Source: Thermodesulfovibrionales bacterium (GTDB taxonomy: Bacteria; Nitrospirota; Thermodesulfovibrionia; Thermodesulfovibrionales; SM23-35). Taken from it: 64,000 bases of DNA. A program made the position numbers and the translations under genes. How positions within the stretch are numbered: the stretch's first letter is position 1; every line of letters begins with the position of its first letter. Where the stretch lies: positions 38,286 through 102,285 of the forward strand of contig JBAZZX010000004.1 of assembly GCA_041658585.1 (NCBI GenBank), written 5' to 3'. The notes under the pieces are model-generated. The model did not search any database and had not been told where the DNA came from. It worked only from the letters and a program-made list of their open reading frames with translations. Below, in pieces: positions 34,932 through 42,732 of this stretch.

Positions 34932-36303
34932 AAGCCTCTGGGTCAAATACCTTGTCCTTCTGTTTTCCGTTTCCATGATCTCTCTCTCCGCCTCTCTATT
35001 TCTCCGGGAAATGATTATCAGTGATTTCGGGGAATATCTTGAAGGCGAGGCAGAGGACAGAATCTACCGTCTTATGGCTGCCGTCGAAGGATCATACGAG
35101 AAGCATTCCGGATGGGATAAAGAGGCGCTTCAGGAGAATACCATATGGGCTTTGCTGTCAGGATATGAGATCAAAATGAAGGATGTTTACAGTAATGAAC
35201 TAATAAATACCAATAAAGCGGTTGATACATTGCCGCCTCTCATGAAGAGGAGAATCATCGCCGTATCAGGGTTTCAGACGGAAGAAAAGCCGCACAGCCA
35301 AATAGAATTCTCGAATTATCCGTTATTTCTCGAAGGCAGGGACATCGGGGCTTTGGAGATAAGGCCGCTGATCTTTCAGGAAGGACAGGAGAAGGAGACC
35401 GTCTTTAAGATGAGATCGAACAGATTTTTCCTCCTGTCAATTCTTTTGCTTGGAGGAATCTCTCTCCTGTTGAGTCTTATTTTTTCGAGGAAATTGACTG
35501 ACCCTATAAAAAACCTTACAGCGGCAGCAAAGGAAATAAGCGAAGGGAATGTGAAAAGCAGGGTCACGGTTAAGGGAAAAGACGAGATGGGCGACCTTGC
35601 GAAGACATTCAACGCTATGGCTGAGAACCTCGAAGTCCATGAGTCGCTGAGAAGAAAACTGACGTCAAATATCGCCCATGAGCTAAGGACCCCCATTACC
35701 GCAATGCGTGGAGAGATCGAGGGAATGCTTGACGGGATGATAAAGACCGACAGAGAGAGACTGCAATCTTTACTTGAAGAAACGGAAAGGCTGAAGCACA
35801 TCATTGAAGGACTTGAGGAGCTTTCACGGGCTGAAGCAAGCATCCTTGAATTGAGAAAGCAATCAATAGAACTGAAACTTTTTCTGACAGGCATAAAAGG
35901 GAGATTTGAGAAGTTGTTCTTTGATAAAGGCGTAACCCTAAAACTTGGATGCGATGAAATGAGCCTTTATGCGGACCCGGACAAACTCAGTCAGATTGTG
36001 ATCAACCTTATCAGTAATGCCTTGCGGGCAACGGGTAGGGGAGGAGACGTCGGCATAAAGGCGGGAGCCACGGGAAGGGACATATACATAGAGGTGACCG
36101 ATACAGGCGTCGGCATTAAAAAGGAGGATCTCCCCTTTATCTTTGAGCGGTTCTATAAGACCTCTGACGGAGGTCTCGGCCTTGGCCTTACCATTGCAAA
36201 GGAGCTTGTTGAGGCGCACGGCGGGAGAGTCGAGGTCAAGAGTGAATACGGCAAAGGCTCAATATTTACGGTGTATATACCGGATTTCACAATTTCTTCA
36301 TAA
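34924..36303 (+). CDS. Sensor histidine kinase (two TM segments, HAMP, HisKA, HATPase)
   Basis: 459 aa. H-box IAHELRTPIT, G1 DTGVGI, G2 GLGLGLTI. Overlaps the regulator gene by 8 nt. Confidence 0.9.
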   Translation: MFKSLWVKYLVLLFSVSMISLSASLFLREMIISDFGEYLEGEAEDRIYRLMAAVEGSYEKHSGWDKEALQENTIWALLSGYEIKMKDVYSNELINTNKAVDTLPPLMKRRIIAVSGFQTEEKPHSQIEFSNYPLFLEGRDIGALEIRPLIFQEGQEKETVFKMRSNRFFLLSILLLGGISLLLSLIFSRKLTDPIKNLTAAAKEISEGNVKSRVTVKGKDEMGDLAKTFNAMAENLEVHESLRRKLTSNIAHELRTPITAMRGEIEGMLDGMIKTDRERLQSLLEETERLKHIIEGLEELSRAEASILELRKQSIELKLFLTGIKGRFEKLFFDKGVTLKLGCDEMSLYADPDKLSQIVINLISNALRATGRGGDVGIKAGATGRDIYIEVTDTGVGIKKEDLPFIFERFYKTSDGGLGLGLTIAKELVEAHGGRVEVKSEYGKGSIFTVYIPDFTISS

Positions 36304-36370
36304 TTCCTTCGATACCTCTTCACAATCCGCCGGTATATTATAAGTAAATGCATGAAAGGAGGTTAACAGT

Positions 36371-36760
36371 ATGAGAAAGGGGGTGATAGTTGTTTTGATT
36401 GCAGCGGCAGCCCTTGTGTTTGTTTCGGCTGTTTATGCTTATCCTCCGGGCAATGGGAACTACATATGTCGGTCAGGGAATGCTGATACCGGGGCGGTAA
36501 AGAAATTTCAGAAAGAAACCCTGTCATTCAGAGATGAACTTATCACCAGGAAACTTGATTTACACAAAGAATTCAGCAAGAGGATCCCTGACAGGGACCG
36601 GATCGCCACCCTGCAGAAAGAGATGATCGATATTAGAACAAAGATTATGAAGAAGGCTGATGAATCAGGCGTACCCAAGTACTTTGGACACGCCAAAGGT
36701 TGTCGCTGGATGCAGGGTAAAGGTATAATGCAGAAATCGCGTAACCGGATGGTAATATAA
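36371..36760 (+). CDS. Secreted helical protein, possibly Spy/CpxP/ZraP-like periplasmic stress protein
   Basis: 129 aa. Signal peptide, then a charged helical region (ETLSFRDELITRKLDLHKEF...IATLQKEMIDIRTKI). The family call is weak. Confidence 0.45.
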   Translation: MRKGVIVVLIAAAALVFVSAVYAYPPGNGNYICRSGNADTGAVKKFQKETLSFRDELITRKLDLHKEFSKRIPDRDRIATLQKEMIDIRTKIMKKADESGVPKYFGHAKGCRWMQGKGIMQKSRNRMVI

Positions 36761-36795
36761 AAATATGGGGGGCTAAGGCCCCCCGAAAAAAAGGC

Positions 36796-37140
36796 ATGAT
36801 AATAAAGGTAATTTTTTTAGTATCTTTAGCGGCTGTTTTGACGATAGCCGATCTTTCGTTTGCCGAGCAGACAAAGCAGGGTCTTGTTCAATGTCCCGCC
36901 TACGGCCACTACTGGCGCAGTTACAAATGGGGCTGGTACGGAGCTAAAAGGATCGTAAAAACATCCGTTGAAGCAAATGAAATAATCCTGCAATTCTATG
37001 TGCCGCATCACGGCATCCGGATTCATCGCATAATCGAAACCCCCCTGTTTTATCAGGCAGAGATTATCAATAGCAAAGGTGTTCTTGTAGATAAGGTGAT
37101 TATTGATAAAAGGACGGGAAGAATAAGGTCGATCTACTAA
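36796..37140 (+). CDS. Secreted small protein, PepSY-like C-terminus
   Basis: 114 aa. Signal peptide. C-terminal VLVDKVIIDKRTGRIRSIY resembles a PepSY domain ending. Confidence 0.45.
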   Translation: MIIKVIFLVSLAAVLTIADLSFAEQTKQGLVQCPAYGHYWRSYKWGWYGAKRIVKTSVEANEIILQFYVPHHGIRIHRIIETPLFYQAEIINSKGVLVDKVIIDKRTGRIRSIY

Positions 37141-37307
37141 TTTATTTACTTACCCCGCTGTCTTAATACCAAAACCATAACTCACCGATTCATTAAATAT
37201 TTCAGCCCGGCGTATAATTTCACAAATTCCGTTGAGATTGCTATAATTATCTTCAGACGGCAGAGATGCCTGAGAAGATAAGAGAGATACCGGAGGCTTA
37301 AAGAGTT

Positions 37308-38399
37308 ATGGAGATAGACCCTAAATTTAAACATATGAAATCAAAAATCCTTGTAGTTGATGACGAACCGTTCATGAGGGAATCTGTTTCCGCCTTCCTG
37401 AAAGAGTATGGATATACCGTTATCATCAGTCATAATGCCATAGACGCCATGCAAAAACTGAAGGAAGAGGACAATATTGATATTGTTTTGACGGACATTA
37501 AGATGCCGGAAATGTCCGGCGTTGAACTCCTTAAAAAGATACATGCCGTTAACCCCGAAAGGCCCGTCATCCTTATGACAGCCTATGCCGAACTTGATAC
37601 GGCAGTCAATGCGGTAAGAAAGGGGGCCTTTGATTTTCTTATCAAGCCATACAGGCCTGAATACCTTTTGCATACTGTGGAAAAGGCGGAGAACCATAAC
37701 AGGCTTTTGCATATTGAGAAAAGCTATAAGTTTATGCTCGAAGATACCGTGAAAAAGAAGACACGGGAACTGGTCGAGGCGTTACAAATGGTCAAACAAA
37801 TGAGCAAAGAACTGGTGCATCGTTTGACGGTTGTCGCGGAATACAGGGATGAAGATACGGGTACACATATCAGAAGGGTCGGTCTCTATGCAAAGCATAT
37901 TGCTATTGCCATGAATATGCCGGTGGATTTTGTAGAGGCCGTCACGTTTGCATGTCCGATGCATGATATCGGAAAAGTCGGCATCCCCGACAATATCCTT
38001 TTAAAGCCGGGTCCGCTCAGTAAAGAAGAATTTGCGATTATGAAGTTCCATCCTTCCATCGGTAATAATATCCTTTCCGGGTCTTCCCATGCAGGGATAC
38101 AGATGGCCGCTTCCATCGCATTGAACCACCACGAGAGATGGGACGGCACAGGGTATCCAAACGGTTTAAAGGGGGAAGAGATTCCAATAGAAGGAAGGAT
38201 CGCCATGCTCTGCGATCAATATGACGCCCTCAGGAGCAAACGGCCCTACAGGGATTCTCTGAGCCATGAAGCAACGTTCGATATCATTACAAAAGGCGAC
38301 GGCAGAACAAAACCCGAGCACTTTGACCCGGATATTTTAAAGGCCTTTCGTGAAACAGCCGGGACACTTGATGATATTTACCATAAGTATAAAGACTGA
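37308..38399 (+). CDS. Response regulator with HD-GYP domain (RpfG-like c-di-GMP phosphodiesterase)
   Basis: 363 aa. Receiver region (ILVVDDEP...[12 protein letters not shown]), then [10 protein letters not shown] and [11 protein letters not shown]. Confidence 0.9.
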   Translation: MEIDPKFKHMKSKILVVDDEPFMRESVSAFLKEYGYTVIISHNAIDAMQKLKEEDNIDIVLTDIKMPEMSGVELLKKIHAVNPERPVILMTAYAELDTAVNAVRKGAFDFLIKPYRPEYLLHTVEKAENHNRLLHIEKSYKFMLEDTVKKKTRELVEALQMVKQMSKELVHRLTVVAEYRDEDTGTHIRRVGLYAKHIAIAMNMPVDFVEAVTFACPMHDIGKVGIPDNILLKPGPLSKEEFAIMKFHPSIGNNILSGSSHAGIQMAASIALNHHERWDGTGYPNGLKGEEIPIEGRIAMLCDQYDALRSKRPYRDSLSHEATFDIITKGDGRTKPEHFDPDILKAFRETAGTLDDIYHKYKD

Positions 38400-38404
38400 G
38401 ACAA

Positions 38405-38444
38405 AAATGCGGAATATGGAATAATTCCGCATTCCGCATTTGAT
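38405..38444. terminator. Bidirectional intrinsic terminator between convergent genes
   Basis: AATGCGGAAT / 8-nt loop / ATTCCGCATT, with TTTGATTT downstream on the + strand and TTTTTGT downstream on the - strand. Confidence 0.6.
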
Positions 38445-39248
38445 TTACTTCAGCCCCAGCACGTCCTGCATATCGTATAACCCTGCCGGTTTGTTATAAA
38501 CCCATAGGGCGGCCCTTAGCGCTCCCCGTGCAAAGGTGTCCCTGCTCGATGCCTTGTGCGTGATCTCGATCCTTTCACCGAGACCGCCGAAAATAACCGT
38601 ATGCTCTCCGACGATATCGCCGGCGCGGATGACCTGAATCCCTATTTCTTTGGCGGTCCTCTCTCCTGTGATCCCTTTTCTTCCATAGACTGCAACCTTG
38701 TCGAGGTCCCTGTTCAGCGCCGCTGCAATTGCCTGCGCCATCTTCAGGGCCGTACCGCTCGGCGCGTCCTTTTTCATCCGGTGGTGCGCCTCGATGATCT
38801 CGATATCATAGGAGTCTCCAAGGACCTTTGCAATGTCCTGCAATACTTTCAGCAGGAGGTTGACGCCCGTGCTCATATTTGACGCCATGACGCAGGGTAT
38901 TTTCTTTATCAGTCCGGAGACCTCTTTCAGGGCGTCTTTTGTGAAGCCGGTGGTCCCGATGACTATGGCCTTTTTCTTTTTGGCTGCAAGCCTCAGATGT
39001 TCCAGCGAGGCTTCAACGGTAGTAAAAGAAATGACGACATCAGAACCGTCAATAACCGATACAAGACTGTCGGCAAGCTTAATGCCTGTTTCTCCGATGC
39101 CGACTATCAAGCCTATATCTTTTCCGGCGTCTTTATGACCGCTTCGTTCGAAAGCGCCTGCCAGTTTAAGTCCTTCATACTCCTTTGAGAGCGCAGTTAT
39201 CCTGCTGCCCATTCTTCCCGCCGCACCTGCAACCGCGATTTTAACCAT
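38445..39248 (-). CDS. dapB: 4-hydroxy-tetrahydrodipicolinate reductase
   Basis: 267 aa. VAGAAGRMG and EAHHRMKKDAPSGTA boxes. Confidence 0.95.
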   Translation of the reverse strand: MVKIAVAGAAGRMGSRITALSKEYEGLKLAGAFERSGHKDAGKDIGLIVGIGETGIKLADSLVSVIDGSDVVISFTTVEASLEHLRLAAKKKKAIVIGTTGFTKDALKEVSGLIKKIPCVMASNMSTGVNLLLKVLQDIAKVLGDSYDIEIIEAHHRMKKDAPSGTALKMAQAIAAALNRDLDKVAVYGRKGITGERTAKEIGIQVIRAGDIVGEHTVIFGGLGERIEITHKASSRDTFARGALRAALWVYNKPAGLYDMQDVLGLK

Positions 39249-39304
39249 AATACTCTCCCTTCGTTTGCATTTAGTTTAGAGAATAGAACTTATAAAATAA
39301 AGTG

Positions 39305-39472
39305 TCAAGCCTGTTTTTCATCTTCGTCCGTTTCTTCTTTGCCCTCTATCTTATAATCCCCAATTGCCCATTTGCCGAGGTCTACGAGCTTGCATCTTTC
39401 CGAGCAGAAGGGTCTCCAGGGATTTTCTTCCCATGTGGTTTTATTCTTGCAGATCGGACAAATAATTCTCAT
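39305..39472 (-). CDS. yacG: DNA gyrase inhibitor YacG (zinc finger), 55 aa, below ORF-track cutoff
   Basis: Minus-strand translation MRIICPICKNKTTWEENPWRPFCSERCKLVDLGKWAIGDYKIEGKEETDEDEKQA matches the YacG pattern CP.C......PFCS.RC..IDLG.W. ATGA overlap with the upstream gene stop. Confidence 0.8.
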   Translation of the reverse strand: MRIICPICKNKTTWEENPWRPFCSERCKLVDLGKWAIGDYKIEGKEETDEDEKQA

Positions 39473-40473
39473 GAGGGGATTATGGCGTATTTTATGCCGA
39501 TACCTTTAGACAATTTTCCAAAGGCTTTTGATGTGTTTTTCAAAGTATATCTGCCCGATATAAGCCTTGAAACATTAAGCTTTTCGCTGCACAGCATAGC
39601 ATATGCCTTTTTGACGTCATCCGGCGTAAAGTGAAAAACCCCCTTTAAGGTTATTTCGTCATAGTGCAGCCTGCAGGTATCGTAGGTTACGGTCGTGCCG
39701 GATTTGCAGCCGCCGAAAAGGACAACGGCGCCGCCCCTCCGGACGTAATTAACGGACGCCTCCCAGACTTCAGGTATGCCGGTGCATTCGAAGACGTAGT
39801 CGAAACCGGTGAGACGGGGAATCTGTTTTTCGATGACCTTATAAATAAAATCAGCGCCGAGATTTTTTACCGTCTTCAGTTTATTCTCATGTTTATCAAC
39901 AACCGTTACCTTTGCACCTTTTTCTTTTAGAAGCAAAAGATGGAGAAGGCCGATAGGTCCTGCGCCGATAATCAATGCATGGTCGCCTTTTCCGATATTC
40001 AACGACGCCATACCGTGGACGACGCATGACAGGGGTTCGAGAAAAGCGGCCTCTTCAAAAGATATATTTTTCGGCTTGTGAAATACATTCTGTTTAACAA
40101 TATGGGAAGGAAGCAGAATATATTCGGCAAAGGCGCCCAGGACCTTTTTATCCATTATATGTTCGCAGAGATTATAGAGTTTTTTCCTGCAATAACTACA
40201 TTCAAGACAGGGGGCGCTGTGGACGGCCATGATTTCATCTCCTTCCCCGAACTTTCTAACGCCTTTTCCTATACCTGCAACTACGCCTGAAAATTCATGT
40301 CCGAAAACACCCGGCATAGGGATTAAAGGATGACCGCGCCTGAATGCCTTTAAATCAGTGCCGCAGGTGAGGGCGGCTTTGACCTTAACCAGCAATTCTC
40401 CGCCGGAAGGATAGGGTCTTTCCGTCTCAAGGAGTTCAATGACGCCGGGTTGAACAAGAATATTTGCGAGCAT
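39469..40473 (-). CDS. Zinc-dependent medium-chain alcohol/polyol dehydrogenase
   Basis: 334 aa. GHEFSGVV, structural-zinc Cys cluster CLECSYC and GAGPIGLL Rossmann motif. Confidence 0.85.
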   Translation of the reverse strand: MLANILVQPGVIELLETERPYPSGGELLVKVKAALTCGTDLKAFRRGHPLIPMPGVFGHEFSGVVAGIGKGVRKFGEGDEIMAVHSAPCLECSYCRKKLYNLCEHIMDKKVLGAFAEYILLPSHIVKQNVFHKPKNISFEEAAFLEPLSCVVHGMASLNIGKGDHALIIGAGPIGLLHLLLLKEKGAKVTVVDKHENKLKTVKNLGADFIYKVIEKQIPRLTGFDYVFECTGIPEVWEASVNYVRRGGAVVLFGGCKSGTTVTYDTCRLHYDEITLKGVFHFTPDDVKKAYAMLCSEKLNVSRLISGRYTLKNTSKAFGKLSKGIGIKYAIIPS

Positions 40474-40475
40474 GG

Positions 40476-40724
40476 CTAAAGATTGAACTTACCGCCAAGT
40501 ATTTGTCCGGCTAATGCAGCCAGGATGAATATCGGAATATACCTAAATTCTATATGGTAAAACGTCCTTGCTACGAAAATAAGCGGAATGGGAATATGGA
40601 CATAGAGAAACCATAGCAAAGAATACTTCTTTGTCTTTGAACGAAAATAACCGAACGGAAGGTTGATTAGCAATGTGAAAATAAACAGCGCAAGAATAGC
40701 GTATAATTTATAAGAAATCACCAT
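40476..40724 (-). CDS. Small integral membrane protein
   Basis: 82 aa, three hydrophobic helices. Immediately upstream of the dehydrogenase gene. Confidence 0.5.
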   Translation of the reverse strand: MVISYKLYAILALFIFTLLINLPFGYFRSKTKKYSLLWFLYVHIPIPLIFVARTFYHIEFRYIPIFILAALAGQILGGKFNL

Positions 40725-40812
40725 CGTTGAAAATAACCGAAAGACGTCTTATAAGTCAAATCAACGTTCAGGTTATGTTAATATTAATATTAAAAAGGTT
40801 CAGATATAAATT

Positions 40813-41802
40813 ATGGTAAAAGACGAAAACGAAATAAATTTTAGCCCGGAAAAGCTAAAAGAAATGATAGCCGCATGCGTCGGACCTGAAAAGGTCCCAA
40901 AACAGGTTTCCATCCATACCGACACATCGGATTTTTACAGGATAGATTACGATGACGTCGTGGTTCTCGGCGGAAGGCCGTACCTAGTCAGGAACAACGA
41001 GCGCGAGGGAAGGTTCGGCATTGAAGACCAGCAGAAGTATTGGGTAAAAAGGGCGCGCGATCTTATTGACGGGAGTACAAAGATAATGAAATTGACCTTC
41101 CACGAACGATTTCAGGCGAAAGTAGGGGGTTTTTCATTTGAATGTTACCGCAGTCCCCAAAAAGAAGCGCGGATTCTGGAAATGGTAGACGGTAATTTAA
41201 ACTTTATGCAAGGATATGCGGTCAAAGACTCGGCAGGCAATATCATCCGGATTATTGAGTATATAACCGGAAAGACCTTTGCCGATTTTATATTGGAACT
41301 CGGCAGCAGCCACGAAGACTATTTTTATAATTATTTCCCCACTGTGCTGGATGAATACATAGAATTAGTTAAAGCGATACAATTCCTGCACGACCGGGGA
41401 GAAAAGCACGGAGATATCAGGCGGGACCATATCCTTAAAGAAAAACAGACCGGGAGATGCAGATGGATAGACTTCGATTTTAATTACCTGCATAAAGAGA
41501 ACATGTTCGGATACGACCTTTACGGACTCGGCAATATTCTGGTATATCTTGCCGGTAGGGGTGATGTAACGGTGCAAAACCTGAAACTGAACAACTCGCC
41601 TGCGTATGATCTTCTCTTTCATGAGGACATGAACATCATCTTCAACAACCGGTTGGTCAACCTGAGAAAGGTCTATCCCTATATCCCGGATTCACTGAAT
41701 CTCGTTCTCATGCATTTTTCATTAGGCGCTAATGTTTTTTATGAAGACACCGTGCAATTTCTCTCGGAACTGCAGGAAGCAAAAGAGGATTGCAAACCTT
41801 AA
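40813..41802 (+). CDS. Atypical protein-kinase-like protein
   Basis: 329 aa. YWVKRA (VAIK-like Lys), HGDIRRDHIL (HRD-like catalytic loop) and IDFDF (DFG-like). No obvious glycine-rich loop. Confidence 0.6.
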   Translation: MVKDENEINFSPEKLKEMIAACVGPEKVPKQVSIHTDTSDFYRIDYDDVVVLGGRPYLVRNNEREGRFGIEDQQKYWVKRARDLIDGSTKIMKLTFHERFQAKVGGFSFECYRSPQKEARILEMVDGNLNFMQGYAVKDSAGNIIRIIEYITGKTFADFILELGSSHEDYFYNYFPTVLDEYIELVKAIQFLHDRGEKHGDIRRDHILKEKQTGRCRWIDFDFNYLHKENMFGYDLYGLGNILVYLAGRGDVTVQNLKLNNSPAYDLLFHEDMNIIFNNRLVNLRKVYPYIPDSLNLVLMHFSLGANVFYEDTVQFLSELQEAKEDCKP

Positions 41803-41819
41803 AAAGTAAGGGAGGCGAT

Positions 41820-42305
41820 ATGATATCAAGGGACGGAGACACTTATTGTACGACAAAGGACAAGAGCTTGCTTATTGCGGTGGACGGGTCCGAGAACGCT
41901 AAACGGGCCGTCCTTTATGTTGCGGAATTCTTAAGAGGGCTTCCCGGTTATTGCATAACACTCCTCAGTATCATATCCGAGCCGCCGCCGGATTATTTTA
42001 CCGGCAAGGAAGAGCGGCAGGCCTGGGAGGAGGAACAGGGGGTAAAGGCCGAAAAAATGGTTGCGGAATACCGGGGTATTCTTATCCGGTCGGGGTTTAC
42101 CGAAGACGCCATCAATGCGGTCGCCGCTTTGCAGGACCGTCCGTCGGTAGCGGAATGCATACTGAGTCATATTAAGGAACTGAAATGCTCTACGGTTGTG
42201 GTAGGGCGCAGAGGAATCAGCAGGAAGGAAGAATTTCTTTTCGGAAGCACCTCGAGCAAAATATTAAGGGAGGCAAAAGACTGTTCGATATGGGTGATAC
42301 AATAG
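41820..42305 (+). CDS. Universal stress protein (UspA family)
   Basis: Start at ATG 41820 after AGGGAGG. C-terminal ATP-binding box VVVGRRGISRKEEFLFGSTSSKILREA. Confidence 0.8.
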   Translation: MISRDGDTYCTTKDKSLLIAVDGSENAKRAVLYVAEFLRGLPGYCITLLSIISEPPPDYFTGKEERQAWEEEQGVKAEKMVAEYRGILIRSGFTEDAINAVAALQDRPSVAECILSHIKELKCSTVVVGRRGISRKEEFLFGSTSSKILREAKDCSIWVIQ

Positions 42306-42514
42306 AAACTCCGGACATAGAACAAAAGATCAGGGAAATACTCGAAAGTCTGTCGTGTATCATATCGGCCCACGATAGTTGTGCGGAACTGGCCGAAGTT
42401 AAGGGAAATACGGCGGTGATCAATTGCGTCGGCCCGTGTCTGCATTGCGATAACAGATGCATCGAAGATGCGATCAGGGAAAAACTGCCTGATGTCGAGG
42501 TTATAATCAGGTAG
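42290..42514 (+). CDS. Small NifU C-terminal (Nfu)-like protein
   Basis: 74 aa from ATG 42290. IREILESL...VINCVGPCLHC...CIEDAIREKLPDV resembles the Nfu fold with CxxC. The start overlaps the usp end and is uncertain. Confidence 0.5.
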   Translation: MGDTIETPDIEQKIREILESLSCIISAHDSCAELAEVKGNTAVINCVGPCLHCDNRCIEDAIREKLPDVEVIIR

Positions 42515-42543
42515 CTTTCCTGCAAATACTTTAGTGTAACGAT

Positions 42544-42673
42544 TCAGTTACGGGCAGCAGTGTTCAAAGAATCCCCTCCTTGGCAAGGAGGGGAAGGGGA
42601 GGTTTTATTAGATCTCATCAAAACCCCTCCAACCTCCCCTTGCAAAGGGGAGGATTTAAACACCAATAACTGA
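42544..42673. repeat. Nested palindromic intergenic element (double-hairpin type, G/C-run arms)
   Basis: Arms 42560-42606 and 42620-42663 are inverted copies, and each arm contains its own hairpin (CCCCTCC-TTGGCAA-GGAGGGG). Outer inverted repeat TTCAGTTAC / ATAACTGAA. Related to the element at 59169-59318. Confidence 0.7.
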
Positions 42674-42732
42674 AGGGGTACTACTTTATCCTCGGTTGTT
42701 GTAGTTGATTTTATGAATAATCCGGGTTAGGT

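Noticed and set aside
35376-35894. 172-aa minus-strand ORF
   Set aside because: It is antisense to the histidine kinase gene (H-box and G-boxes present on the plus strand). It has a Ser-rich shadow-frame composition.
36342-36356. CpxR-like box GTAAA-N5-GAAAG upstream of the secreted helical protein gene
   Set aside because: The second half-site is imperfect, and the box lies within ~15 nt of the RBS, downstream of any plausible promoter. This is an unlikely position for an activator site.
42544-42673. CRISPR array or other spacer-repeat structure
   Set aside because: The repeats here, and at 46380, 56169 and 59169, are single nested palindromes with inverted arms. They are not direct repeats separated by unique spacers, and no cas genes are present in the window.
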